The notes: generated by a model from the letters alone, not told the origin. Numbered from the stretch's first letter, positions 1 to 8,785 are shown. The stretch is 64,000 nt of DNA from an uncultured Candidatus Rokubacteria bacterium (GCA_963805625.1 CAWDVE010000013.1:1-64000), one strand, 5' to 3'. Numbers and translations: made by a program.

Positions 1-31
1 CTGAAATCCTGCACGCTAACCCTGCGAGATC

Positions 32-1213
32 TCAGCGCGGGAGCGCGGTGACTTTGCCACTTCTCCGCCTGTCTTTGCCACTCTCGCTTCGGGCAAGCCC
101 CGCGGCGGCCAGGCGCGCCCCCGCTTCCTGGAGCATCCCCTCCTCGACGATCGCGTACCGCTGGAACACGGCCCGCGTCCGATGCCCGGTCAGCTTCATG
201 GCGACCGTCTCCGGGATGCCGGCCCGGATCAGGTTGCGGACGGCCGTGCGGCGGAAGTCGTGGAACAGGCGCCCGGGAAGGCCCGCGTGCTTCCGGGCCG
301 TCGTCCACGCCTTCTTGAAGTCGCCCACGGGGGCGCCGTCGTCGCGGCAGAAGAGCCACGGAATGACCTGGCCGGTCGCCTGCTGGATCGCGTCCACGCG
401 GGCCCGCTGCGCCTCGAGGACGGCGCGGAGTTCAGGGATCAAGGGGAACTGGCGCCCGTCGCCATTCTTCGTTTCCTCGGGCTCGAGCCGCAGCCAGCCC
501 GCCGTGAAGTCGACGTGCCGCCACTGCCGGGAGCGCAGCTCCGACTTCCGCCAGCCGGTGAGCTTCGCGACGGTGACCAGGGCGGCGAGCTCGGAACGGA
601 GTTGTCGGCAGATGGCGGCGAAGGCCTCCTCCTCGAAAAACCCTTCCCGCGCGTTCCGTTCCTTGAGCTTCTGGACCACGAACGGCACCACGAGCCCGTA
701 TTGGCGCCGGGCCAGCGACCCCATCCGCCCGAGGATCGCGAGTTCGCGATTGACCGTCCCCGCGGCGGTCCGGTGCGGCGTCGGGATGCGCGTGACGCCC
801 GCCGCCGTCGTGACCGTGCGGCAGACGCGCTCCGCCAGCCGCCCCGCCTTGTAGGCCTCCACGTGGCCGGTCGTGAGCCGGGCCAGTCGCGCCTCGGCGC
901 CGAAGTACGCCAACAGGTGCGTCAGCCGCAACTCGAGCGTGTCGGCCGACTTGTGGCCGTTCGCCACGTAGTCCTGGCGGATCAACGTGGCCGCATCACT
1001 GAGCGTCAGCCGGTCCGCTTCGACGTTGACCGGGATGTTCAAGGCCACCCGCCCCTGGCGCTCTTGGAGAAACTTCTTGGCCTTCGGCTCTGAGTCCGTC
1101 TCCGTGGACTGGCGCACCGTCTTGCCATGCTGGCGAAAGCGGATCCAGTAGACCGCCGACGTCTGCTTGACGCCGTGCCGGTCGATGTAGTGCGGGCGAT
1201 AGATGGTCCCCAT
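32..1213 (-). CDS. Tyrosine recombinase/integrase
   Basis: Catalytic residues GWRKSE (R), ETKN (K), HDFRR (HxxR), GHRT (H), FQRY (Y); N-terminal arm-binding-like YWIRF region; ATG at 1213 with upstream GGGAG. Confidence 0.95.
   Translation of the reverse strand: MGTIYRPHYIDRHGVKQTSAVYWIRFRQHGKTVRQSTETDSEPKAKKFLQERQGRVALNIPVNVEADRLTLSDAATLIRQDYVANGHKSADTLELRLTHLLAYFGAEARLARLTTGHVEAYKAGRLAERVCRTVTTAAGVTRIPTPHRTAAGTVNRELAILGRMGSLARRQYGLVVPFVVQKLKERNAREGFFEEEAFAAICRQLRSELAALVTVAKLTGWRKSELRSRQWRHVDFTAGWLRLEPEETKNGDGRQFPLIPELRAVLEAQRARVDAIQQATGQVIPWLFCRDDGAPVGDFKKAWTTARKHAGLPGRLFHDFRRTAVRNLIRAGIPETVAMKLTGHRTRAVFQRYAIVEEGMLQEAGARLAAAGLARSESGKDRRRSGKVTALPR
52..82. repeat. Direct repeat CTTTGCCACT x2, putative integrase arm-type sites
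   Basis: Copies at 52-61 and 73-82; related GTCTTTGCTCC/GTCTTTGCTAC at 14054-14075. Confidence 0.55.
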
Positions 1214-1262
1214 CAGGCTCCCCTCCCCGCGCCGGTGCTCTTGCGGGCGTAGATGGCGGCGA

Positions 1263-1868
1263 TCATGAGGCGTCTCCCGCGAGATCGTCTGGCTGTCCAA
1301 GGATCGTGACACCCTCGGGAATCGCCTGCGTCCTGGGCAGCCACTCCGCAAGGATGGCGTCAAGGTCGATCGCTCGAATGAACCCCATGTGATACAGGAT
1401 CCGAGACTGGATCACCTTGCGCTGTGCTGTAAGACAATTCTGCACGGGCTCGAACGTCTTCCGAAGCGTGGGAGGTTGAGAGAAGGCCATGCTTCCCAAC
1501 GTGCGGGCAAGGTTCTTCAGATGGGTTAGGTCCGCATATAGTGTCCCGTCGTCTTTGGGGAAGAACCCGAAAAGCTCACCGTCCATGGCCAGCAACGCAC
1601 TTCTCTCCCGGATATGTTGCAGGGCGAGCCTCCGACGTTCGTCGTCAGGTACCTTTCCGCGACTCATCAGTAGGTCTGCGAGTTGCGTCACTGCATCGGC
1701 GCTGAGTCGGCTGAACCGCGAAAAGATGTCGCGCTGGAAGTCCCTTCGTTGCCTCATGCGCTGCCATCGCTCGGAAAGGACCAACGCGATGACCGCCGCA
1801 CCGAGGACCTGGAGCAGGGCAGGCGCAACAGCAATGACAAGCGGGTGGCGGAAGAAGTCCTGTATCAT
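1263..1868 (-). CDS. Hypothetical protein with N-terminal transmembrane helix (cargo)
   Basis: ORF with hydrophobic LVIAVAPALLQVLGAAVIALVL followed by helical soluble region; visibly less GC-rich; start uncertain. Confidence 0.65.
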   Translation of the reverse strand: MIQDFFRHPLVIAVAPALLQVLGAAVIALVLSERWQRMRQRRDFQRDIFSRFSRLSADAVTQLADLLMSRGKVPDDERRRLALQHIRERSALLAMDGELFGFFPKDDGTLYADLTHLKNLARTLGSMAFSQPPTLRKTFEPVQNCLTAQRKVIQSRILYHMGFIRAIDLDAILAEWLPRTQAIPEGVTILGQPDDLAGDAS

Positions 1869-1986
1869 ACGCACCCCCGCGTACATGTAGGCATCGCTAG
1901 TCGTGTCCAATGCCTCAGTGCTCCAGTAGCCTCGGCGCGGCCGTCCGGGCGTCGAGGCCAGCGATCATAGTCTCGCGCTCGGGTTC

Positions 1987-2466
1987 TCAACGATTCGCAC
2001 GGAGGTAGTCTGCCGCGAAGCTAGTCAGTGCTTTGTCGAGCATCTTCTTCAACTCCTCATTCGGAGCACTGCCGAAAAACGAGTAGACACCTGATGTCCA
2101 CACTCTCGAGAAGACGACTTCACCAGAGTCCACGATCGTCGTCCATCGGTAGAGCGACAGCTCTAAGGCCGCGCCGCGGTCGGACGTGACTAAATTCAAC
2201 TCCAGCCACGCCCTGTCAGTATCGGAGCGCCCGAGACTTGGAATTGCCTGACTCAGCATGACCTCCAACCTGTCGCTCCACTCCTTCCGACTCGTGCTGG
2301 CGTTGTCTTCGGACAGGCTGCCGCCTGGCCGAACGACGATGGCGACCGTCTTGAGACCCTTCAAGGCTCGAATCTTGTGCTCCGCGAGTATGTCTTGACT
2401 AAAAGCAGACTCAGCAATTCCAAGGACTGCTGCGAAGCAGGCGGCGGCGATGGCAACCCGGTTCAT
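1987..2466 (-). CDS. Hypothetical exported protein
   Basis: Signal-peptide-like N-terminus (MNRVAIAAACFAAVLGIAESAFS); strong AAGGAGG RBS. Confidence 0.75.
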   Translation of the reverse strand: MNRVAIAAACFAAVLGIAESAFSQDILAEHKIRALKGLKTVAIVVRPGGSLSEDNASTSRKEWSDRLEVMLSQAIPSLGRSDTDRAWLELNLVTSDRGAALELSLYRWTTIVDSGEVVFSRVWTSGVYSFFGSAPNEELKKMLDKALTSFAADYLRANR

Positions 2467-2485
2467 TCGTAGCCCTCCTTGCGCG

Positions 2486-2662
2486 CTATTCCAGCAGCTT
2501 CGTCATCGGCACGCCGAGCGCCCTGGCGAGGCGCTGGAGCATCCGCATTGACGGTTGGCGATCACCGCGCTCCAGCCGAGAGATGGTGATCTTGTGCACA
2601 CCGACCATCTCGGCCAGCTCGACCTGCGTCAGCTTGCGACGGGTTCGCGCCTGCTTCAGCAC
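2486..2662 (-). CDS. XRE-family helix-turn-helix regulator
   Basis: LKQARTRRKLTQVELAEMVGVHKITISRLERG is a typical HTH_3; GTG start at 2662 after GGAGAGGGA. Confidence 0.9.
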   Translation of the reverse strand: MLKQARTRRKLTQVELAEMVGVHKITISRLERGDRQPSMRMLQRLARALGVPMTKLLE

Positions 2663-2688
2663 CTTCCCTCTCCACCATGATCGTGACA

Positions 2689-2717
2689 AGAGTAAACCTC
2701 TTTGGTTTACCTGTCAA
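2689..2717 (-). promoter_or_regulatory. Sigma70 promoter with overlapping palindromic operator
   Basis: Minus strand TTGACA-17 nt-TACTCT; inverted repeat GTAAACC-N5-GGTTTAC at 2692-2710. Confidence 0.75.
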
Positions 2718-2903
2718 ACCACGTCACGCGCCACCCGTCGGGTGCGTTTCGCTCGGGAAGCACGCATAGACCCAGCGTGTCCCATGAGCCTCTTCAGGCA
2801 GCCGCCACGCGGCTTCACACTCAAACCTCCATCGAAATGCCCTAACGGCATTCGTCCAATGCACCAGCGGATAGTTGTCCGCGGCGCCGACCCAGAGCAT
2901 CCG

Positions 2904-3188
2904 TCACTCCTCCACCACCGAGTTGGCGTAGGCCACCCAGCGGTCGATCCGGCGCAGCCACTGGTGGAGATGCGGCGGACTGGTCCGGAAGGTGACCCGG
3001 GCGCCATCAAGCCCGAGGCGGCCGAACTCCGGCGTGAACCGCGTCGTCGTCAGCCCGGGTGGCGGCCGGAGAAAGGCGGCGCGCCAGCCCGGCGACGGAA
3101 CCGCACTGAGTGCGACCTCGTAGAGCGCCAGGGACGGCGTGGCCAGCGCGATCGGGTGGGGTGGACGCTGGACCCGGCGGATCACCAT
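2904..3188 (-). CDS. Small hypothetical protein
   Basis: 94-aa ORF with globular, protein-like composition ending in an amphipathic helix (LRRIDRWVAYAN). Confidence 0.6.
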   Translation of the reverse strand: MVIRRVQRPPHPIALATPSLALYEVALSAVPSPGWRAAFLRPPPGLTTTRFTPEFGRLGLDGARVTFRTSPPHLHQWLRRIDRWVAYANSVVEE

Positions 3189-3381
3189 GACCGTTAGCGC
3201 GGCTCAGGCGGCCTGTACCGCCGGAGCGGGTTCACAGTCTGATCGGGCTCCCAGATCGGTACGAGAAGCCATCAGCCATCACCGACAAGGACGGGTACGT
3301 CCTCGGTATTGCAGCCACACCACAGGATCGCGGGACCTCGGAGAACTCCAACGATGTGCCGCAGAAACGAGTTGCGGAGCG

Positions 3382-4096
3382 TCATTGCTGAGCAGATCGG
3401 GCGCCACGGCGCCACGCGAGCGCGCCGAGCGTCAGCAGACCGCACGCCGTGAGCAGCACGGTCGACGGCTCCGGCACCCGCTGCCGGAACAACAAAATAT
3501 CGAAAGCACCAACCCGATCGCGCTCACCGAGGCTGATCGTTTTCTCCATCACTCCGCCGCCACGGTCCGGCAAGGTGTTCGACGATGCCGAGCGCATGAC
3601 CGATCTCGTGTTTCGCTACGGTGAGGAAGTCGGTCGTTAGCGCGGGTGGCTCGCCTGCGTCGTCCGTCGCCGGAGTCGGATCGAGGAACCACTGGAGCAA
3701 CGTGTTGAAGTAGATCTCCCCCTCCGGGAAGTCGGGGGAGTTTCTCGGCGGAGATGGGTACTGCCCCGCCGCCCAGCCGCCTTGAGGGACGGTGACGCCC
3801 GGGATATCTAAGAGATCGTTTGGGGCGCCCACCTCGCCGAACCTCTTGAAGAGATCCGCGTCCTCCCACCGGAGGGTCCAGGTGCCGAGCACCTGATCGA
3901 AGTTCTCGATGAAAGTCTTCCACTCCGAGAGGGCCTCGTTGACGATCGCTTTCTCGGCCTCAGTCCACGGCTTGGCAGGGTGGCCGGCAGTCGTGCCGGC
4001 GTCACCCGGGTTGACGAAGATGACCCCGGCGCGCGCCGGATGCGTGCCGAGCGTGAGTGTCGAGAGGAGAGCAAGGAGAAGGATCGTGGAGATCAT
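3382..4096 (-). pseudogene. PEP-CTERM-anchored matrixin-like zinc metalloprotease, split by one extra base near 3574
   Basis: Signal peptide and HEIGHALGIVEH in one frame; Met-turn-like GVM and VPEPSTVLLTACGLLTLGALAWRR in the next frame. Confidence 0.8.
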
Positions 4097-4139
4097 AACC
4101 GGCCCCCTTCAGGGATGGCTGTGCGTGAGTCGCATCGGG

Positions 4140-4154
4140 GCAACCTCGCGGCCA
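4140..4154 (-). promoter_or_regulatory. Candidate sigma54 promoter for the PEP-CTERM gene
   Basis: TGGCCGCGAGGTTGC = GG-N10-GC, 44 nt upstream of the ATG. Confidence 0.5.
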
Positions 4155-4215
4155 CACGTCCAGCAAGCGCGAGTCGGCCGCGGGCGGCCGGTGGCGTCGA
4201 GCCGGATGGGAGGCG

Positions 4216-5217
4216 TCACTGGATGATCTGGTCCGCTCGGGCCAGGATCGAAGGCGCGATCGTCAGGCCCAGCGCCTTGGCAGTCTTCAGGTTCACGAAC
4301 AGGTCAAACTTCGTCGGCTGCTCGACGGGCATGTCGCCGGGCTTCGCCCCCTTGAGGATCTTGTCGACGAACGTCGCGGCGCGCCGCCGAACGTCGAGCG
4401 GGTTCGAGTAGTAGGACATGAGGCCGCCTTCCTCCACCGCATCCCCGTCGTCGTACATCGTGGGCAGGCGGTTCCGGGCCGCGAACTCCAAGATGAGGTT
4501 AAAGTGCTCGCTGTTGATGGCGCTCCCAAACAGGAAGAGCCCGTCGGCGCGCTCCCGGGTGATGGCCGCCAGGGCCGCCGTCAGCTCGGCCAGCGTCCTG
4601 GCGTCGTGGGGCAGGAGCGTCATCCCGAGCTTCGGTGCCACGCGCCGCTGGACGCGGACGTAGGGGTCATAGAGGTTCTCGCTCGAGTACAGCACCGCCA
4701 CCCGCGAGATCCTGGGCACGGCCTCCTTGAAGAGCTCGAGCCCCTTGCCGGCGATCTCTGGCCCCGGATTTGAGGTCACCCCGGTCACGTTCCCGCCGGG
4801 CCGGGCGAAGCTCGCCACGAGCCCCTGCCCGACCGGGTCGGCGCTCCCGATGAAGACGATGGGGATCGTGGCCGTCGCCGCCTTGGCGGCTTTGGCGCTC
4901 GTCGAGTTCGCGGCCACGATGACGTCGACCTGGAGCGCGACCAGCTCGGCCGCGAGGGCGGGAAGCCGATCGACCTTCGACTCCGCGAAGCGACTCTCGA
5001 TGACCAAGTCCCGCCCCTCGACGTAGCCCAATTCAAAGAGGCCCTGTCGGAAGGCCCCGAAGTTAGTCCGGGGGCTGGGCGGTCCGAAGACTGGGGGCTG
5101 GCCGGTGTGCAGAAACCCGATGCGGTAGACCTTTCCCGTCGGCTGGGCCTCGGCGGCGAGCGGCGCGACGAGGAGGGCCAGGACGAGAACCGTGGTCGTG
5201 AACCGGGCAAGCCTCAT
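4216..5217 (-). CDS. ABC transporter substrate-binding protein (ABC_sub_bind family, orphan)
   Basis: Signal peptide; DPVGQGLVASFARPGGNVTG and [22 protein letters not shown] motifs; ATGA overlap with the upstream ORF. Confidence 0.92.
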   Translation of the reverse strand: MRLARFTTTVLVLALLVAPLAAEAQPTGKVYRIGFLHTGQPPVFGPPSPRTNFGAFRQGLFELGYVEGRDLVIESRFAESKVDRLPALAAELVALQVDVIVAANSTSAKAAKAATATIPIVFIGSADPVGQGLVASFARPGGNVTGVTSNPGPEIAGKGLELFKEAVPRISRVAVLYSSENLYDPYVRVQRRVAPKLGMTLLPHDARTLAELTAALAAITRERADGLFLFGSAINSEHFNLILEFAARNRLPTMYDDGDAVEEGGLMSYYSNPLDVRRRAATFVDKILKGAKPGDMPVEQPTKFDLFVNLKTAKALGLTIAPSILARADQIIQ

Positions 5218-5483
5218 GAAGTCCTCCTGTCGTCCAGCACCCGGAGCGCCGACTCAAGGAACCGCCGGAGTTCGGCGTCGCGCGCCGCCAGCCGGGCGGC
5301 CCGGTCTCGTCGATGGAGCGCGGCCCGGCAGCGCCCGGAGCAGACCCGTTGCCCCTCGCGGGGCGGCGCCCCCTCCGGTTGGAGCGGCCGGCCACAGACC
5401 GGGCACCGCGGGTCCGAGGGTACTACGGGCGGGGCCGGCGTACGTACGCCGCCTGGGCGGCCTGGCGTCCGTCTGGGAACCAT
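5214..5483 (-). CDS. Small zinc-finger protein
   Basis: CPVC...CSGRC four-Cys motif followed by a charged helix; AAGGAG RBS. Confidence 0.7.
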   Translation of the reverse strand: MVPRRTPGRPGGVRTPAPPVVPSDPRCPVCGRPLQPEGAPPREGQRVCSGRCRAALHRRDRAARLAARDAELRRFLESALRVLDDRRTS

Positions 5484-5535
5484 TCTGGGTGATCTCCTTA
5501 CCGGGCCGCGCGCGCCCTGCGGGAGCCGGACGCGG

Positions 5536-5676
5536 TCACGACGGCGACTGCTGGAAGCCGCAGCGCGGGCGCTTCCCCTTCTTCACTTGGGGACCCGTCG
5601 TCGCCGTCGTCACGCTGTTCTTCGGCGGCGTGTAGTACGGGGTCGGGGTCGGTTTGGGATAACTCGGGCCGCCCAT
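5536..5676 (-). CDS. Small Pro/Thr-rich basic hypothetical protein (46 aa)
   Basis: ATG two nt after the stop of the upstream ORF; MGGPSYPKPTPTPYYTPPKNS... Confidence 0.5.
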   Translation of the reverse strand: MGGPSYPKPTPTPYYTPPKNSVTTATTGPQVKKGKRPRCGFQQSPS

Positions 5677-5678
5677 GG

Positions 5679-6413
5679 TCACCGGCGCGCCGTCGGCGGA
5701 TCGGCCGGCCACCGCTGCCGCAAGGTTGCGGCATGCTTCGCCCCAAAGTTCTCCGCCACCTTCTGGATCGCGGCCTCGCGGTCCAGGTCGTAGTACCCCG
5801 CAAACTGCTGAATCATCTTCACCGCATTCCCGAGCCCGCTGCCATCGAGCGCCGTCTTGAGCCGGGTCTCCAACTCCGGCGCCAGGCTCTTCACCACGCT
5901 GAGCACGCGCATCCCTTTCCCGAGCGTCTGCCGGGCCGCGTCCGCCGACCCCTCCGCCTTGATCAACGCGTCCAAGGCCTCGCGGTCGGTCGTCTGCACG
6001 ACCCCGATCGCCGCCTCGGGCAGATCCTCCCGGAACCCGCGGATGTAATCCACGAGCGATTGCTGCACCGTGGCCGACACGCCCGCCGCCTGGCACACCT
6101 CGCCGACGACCCGCCCGGTCTCGGGGTCGAGACCCACCAGGGGCGCCGGCGCCGGTCCAGACACCCCGCTGGGCGCGGACGTCGTCCCGGAGACCACCCG
6201 CAGGAGGCGGTCCATTTCTTCCAGCGCGCCGGGGGCGCCACGCCAGTAGGGGGACGAGGGATCGGCGCGGATCTGCTGGATCCTCTGCTCCGCCGCGACG
6301 CGATCCCCACTCCCACTCGGGGCGGGGGCGCCACTCGGCGGGGACGCGGGCGGCGGGGGCGCGACGGGACTACTCGGGACCGACGGGGCGGCGGGGGCGA
6401 TGGACTCAGGCAT
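5679..6413 (-). CDS. Hypothetical protein, putative capsid scaffolding-like
   Basis: GAAGGAG RBS; Pro-rich linkers; motifs AEQRIQQIRADPSSPYW...ALEEMDRL and LDGSGLGNAVKMIQQFA recall podoviral scaffold proteins (from memory, unverified). Confidence 0.6.
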   Translation of the reverse strand: MPESIAPAAPSVPSSPVAPPPPASPPSGAPAPSGSGDRVAAEQRIQQIRADPSSPYWRGAPGALEEMDRLLRVVSGTTSAPSGVSGPAPAPLVGLDPETGRVVGEVCQAAGVSATVQQSLVDYIRGFREDLPEAAIGVVQTTDREALDALIKAEGSADAARQTLGKGMRVLSVVKSLAPELETRLKTALDGSGLGNAVKMIQQFAGYYDLDREAAIQKVAENFGAKHAATLRQRWPADPPTARR

Positions 6414-7179
6414 CGGCGACTCCTTCGTCGTCCGCCCCGGGGCTGGACGTCGTGATGGTGATGCCGACGTTCGGCTGGGCGGGGCGTCCGGCGTCCACCT
6501 CGAGGGTGGCGTGCGCGGGCAGTTTCATGTTGATGGCCGACAGGTGATACTGGATGGCTGCCACCGACGCCGGCACCTGGGCCACCATGGATTCGGCGTT
6601 CTCCAGATCCTGGATGATGCGGCCGACCAGACAGGGACACCGCGGGGGGGGCGGCGGGCACGCATGGACGTCCTGCACGGTCAGTGCGGCGATCCGGCCG
6701 GGCAGGGCCGTCAGCATCTGCAGGGCCGAGGTGCCCCGGGCGGTCGCCGCCGTGAACACGCCCCGCACCAGCGCCGTGTGCTTGCGGAGCTCCCGCACGT
6801 CGATCCCTTGGAGCTTCCGCTCCCATTCGACCAGGGCACTGATCCGCCCGTGCGCGCGGGGCTGCTCGTAGCGCTGCACTTCCTCGAGCACGCGGTCACA
6901 GGACGGCTGCAACGCCTCCGCGCGCTGCCGCGCCGCGAGCGCGCGCGGCGGGATCCAGTCCAGGCGGGCCCGCAGCGCGGCCCCCGCCGCGGCGTCGGCG
7001 TCCACCGGCGCCTGCACCCGGGCGCGGAGCTCCACCCACACCGGGTCGACGGGCGACGGCACGATCGGGGGAATCACGACCTTCGGCGGCCGACCGCGAC
7101 CCCGTTTCTTCGGCTCGGGCTCGAGGGCGTCGAGCGCGGCCGCTTGGTCCTCGCGCAGACTCGTGCGGGGGAGCGTCAT
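6406..7179 (-). CDS. Hypothetical protein with AT-hook-like motif
   Basis: KKRGRGRPPK near N-terminus; helical body; AGAGGGG RBS; overlaps the next start. Confidence 0.7.
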   Translation of the reverse strand: MTLPRTSLREDQAAALDALEPEPKKRGRGRPPKVVIPPIVPSPVDPVWVELRARVQAPVDADAAAGAALRARLDWIPPRALAARQRAEALQPSCDRVLEEVQRYEQPRAHGRISALVEWERKLQGIDVRELRKHTALVRGVFTAATARGTSALQMLTALPGRIAALTVQDVHACPPPPPRCPCLVGRIIQDLENAESMVAQVPASVAAIQYHLSAINMKLPAHATLEVDAGRPAQPNVGITITTSSPGADDEGVADA

Positions 7180-7192
7180 TGTGGCCCCTCTC

Positions 7193-7453
7193 TTACTCGC
7201 CATACGCGGCGGCCAGATTCGCGTAGCTAAAACTTTTCCACGACAACTCCCCGGCGTTGCCCCCCTTGGCGTTGCCGGGCTGATTCGCCGTGCTGTTCGC
7301 GGTGTCTCCGGGTTTCGGGTCTTTGACCCAGTACACGCCCGCCGTTGCATCGCTGGTGGCGGTGGGCAGGGCGATGATGACCGACACGCCCGCGTGGCCT
7401 GTCATCACTTTGCGTCTCAGGGTCTCAAGGTCGCTCAAGGCAATCGTGGCCAT
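7193..7453 (-). CDS. Hypothetical protein (86 aa)
   Basis: AAGGAGG RBS; tightly packed in the operon; Gly/Ala/Asn-rich. Confidence 0.75.
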   Translation of the reverse strand: MATIALSDLETLRRKVMTGHAGVSVIIALPTATSDATAGVYWVKDPKPGDTANSTANQPGNAKGGNAGELSWKSFSYANLAAAYGE

Positions 7454-7454
7454 C

Positions 7455-7751
7455 TCAGTCCTCCTTGGGGGTCAGGGCCGCCTCGGTCAACAACGTCATC
7501 CGAGGGGGCGGGGCCGCGCGCAGGGGTTCGGACGCGGGCGGATCCACGGGGACGGGGAGCGGCGCCCCGCCGCGGCGTCGCCGTCGACGCGGGACCGGCG
7601 CCTCGGCCTGATACACGCGCTCCCGGCCGTCCGGGCCATGGCGCCAGCCCACCGCGTGGAAGAGCGTCCCCCGGAGCCGCAGGGGGGTGTCGGTCCCCTC
7701 GCCCGGGAGACGGGCGATCACGCGTGTGAGGTGCTCGTCGTAGTAGATCAC
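7455..7751 (-). CDS. Hypothetical protein
   Basis: GTG start overlapping the upstream TGA (GTGA); poly-Arg stretch. Confidence 0.65.
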   Translation of the reverse strand: MIYYDEHLTRVIARLPGEGTDTPLRLRGTLFHAVGWRHGPDGRERVYQAEAPVPRRRRRRGGAPLPVPVDPPASEPLRAAPPPRMTLLTEAALTPKED

Positions 7752-8137
7752 CGCGCCGCGGCCGCCGTGCGCATCGCCTCCAGGGCCTTGACGCTGGCCG
7801 CGCGCATCGCCTCGCGGTCGGCCGTCGCCTGGCGCAGCTCCTCCGCCACGCTGGCCAATAGCGCCTTCTGTTTGTCGAGGGTGGCCACCGCCGCCTTCGC
7901 CTCCGCCTCCGCCGCGGCGATGGTCCGGTCCGCCTCGCGCCGCTCCCGCGCCGCTTCGTCCGTCGCCGCCCGCACCACCGCGTCCGCCTGCTGCTGGCCC
8001 CGTTGGTACAGCGCGCGCATGTTCTCGATCCGTGCGGGCCACTGCTCGATCTTCGTGAGGATCGGGCGCACCTCCGCGAGGAAGGCCGTCAGCTCGGCGG
8101 CCGCTTGGTCGAGCTCGGTGAACTTCACTTCAGTCAT
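7748..8137 (-). CDS. Coiled-coil hypothetical protein
   Basis: AAGGAG RBS before MTEVKF; Ala/Glu/Arg-rich heptads. Confidence 0.75.
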   Translation of the reverse strand: MTEVKFTELDQAAAELTAFLAEVRPILTKIEQWPARIENMRALYQRGQQQADAVVRAATDEAARERREADRTIAAAEAEAKAAVATLDKQKALLASVAEELRQATADREAMRAASVKALEAMRTAAAAR

Positions 8138-8354
8138 GGTCGTGCGCTCCTTGTGGGTGAAGGGGTGACTGCGGGACGCTTCGGGAGAGCTGGGGGATCG
8201 GAACGGCCCCACCTGGTCAGATGACGAGTCTGAGGCGCTGCGCAGTTTCGGGGTGACGGAGGAGGAGGCCGTTCTGGTGGCCGCTGGCAATCGCAATCGA
8301 CGCGCGCGGGCCCGTCGTCGAGTGCGAGGTCCATGTGAGACACAGGCCGCGGGC

Positions 8355-8441
8355 TCATGATCCGAGCCAATACCAGAAGAGCGTGAGCCAGATGGCGACG
8401 GCGCCCACCCAGGCCGCTGCCGTCCACCACCACGCGCTCAT
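8355..8441 (-). CDS. 28-aa Trp-rich single-pass membrane peptide
   Basis: MSAWWWTAAAWVGAVAIWLTLFWYWLGS; ATGA-coupled to the upstream HTH gene. Confidence 0.5.
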   Translation of the reverse strand: MSAWWWTAAAWVGAVAIWLTLFWYWLGS

Positions 8442-8785
8442 CGAGCCACCTTGAAAGCGGGCGCGAAGAGATGGTCGAGGTCTTGGCGGTCGAAGATGGC
8501 CCGACGACAGCCCGGCCACCGCACGACACGGAGCTCGCCCCGCTCGACCTTGCGCCAGAGCTCCCGCACGCTCACGCCGACGTAGGCCGCCGCATCCTTC
8601 ACGGACAGGCCGCGAGGGAGCACGGTCGCGGCAAAGACAGCGCCCGGACCCGCATCTGGGGCGGGTGTCAGGGGCGAGCGCTGGTCTGGCGAACCAGCGA
8701 CCGCCCCTGCCAGGACCCGGCGGGGCCGCCCGGCCGGCCGACGCAGGCGGGCACTGGCGTCCACCAAGGGGCGCGCCGTGGGCAT
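8438..8785 (-). CDS. Excisionase/AlpA-like HTH DNA-binding protein
   Basis: LSVKDAAAYVGVSVRELWRKVERGEL...FDRQDLD pattern (HTH_17-like). Confidence 0.8.
   Translation of the reverse strand: MPTARPLVDASARLRRPAGRPRRVLAGAVAGSPDQRSPLTPAPDAGPGAVFAATVLPRGLSVKDAAAYVGVSVRELWRKVERGELRVVRWPGCRRAIFDRQDLDHLFAPAFKVAR

Noticed and set aside
1-31. GAAATCCTGCA resembling the tRNA T-arm as a possible att copy
   Set aside because: Short, mismatched and in the wrong orientation for a direct-repeat att; no true tRNA duplicate found in the window
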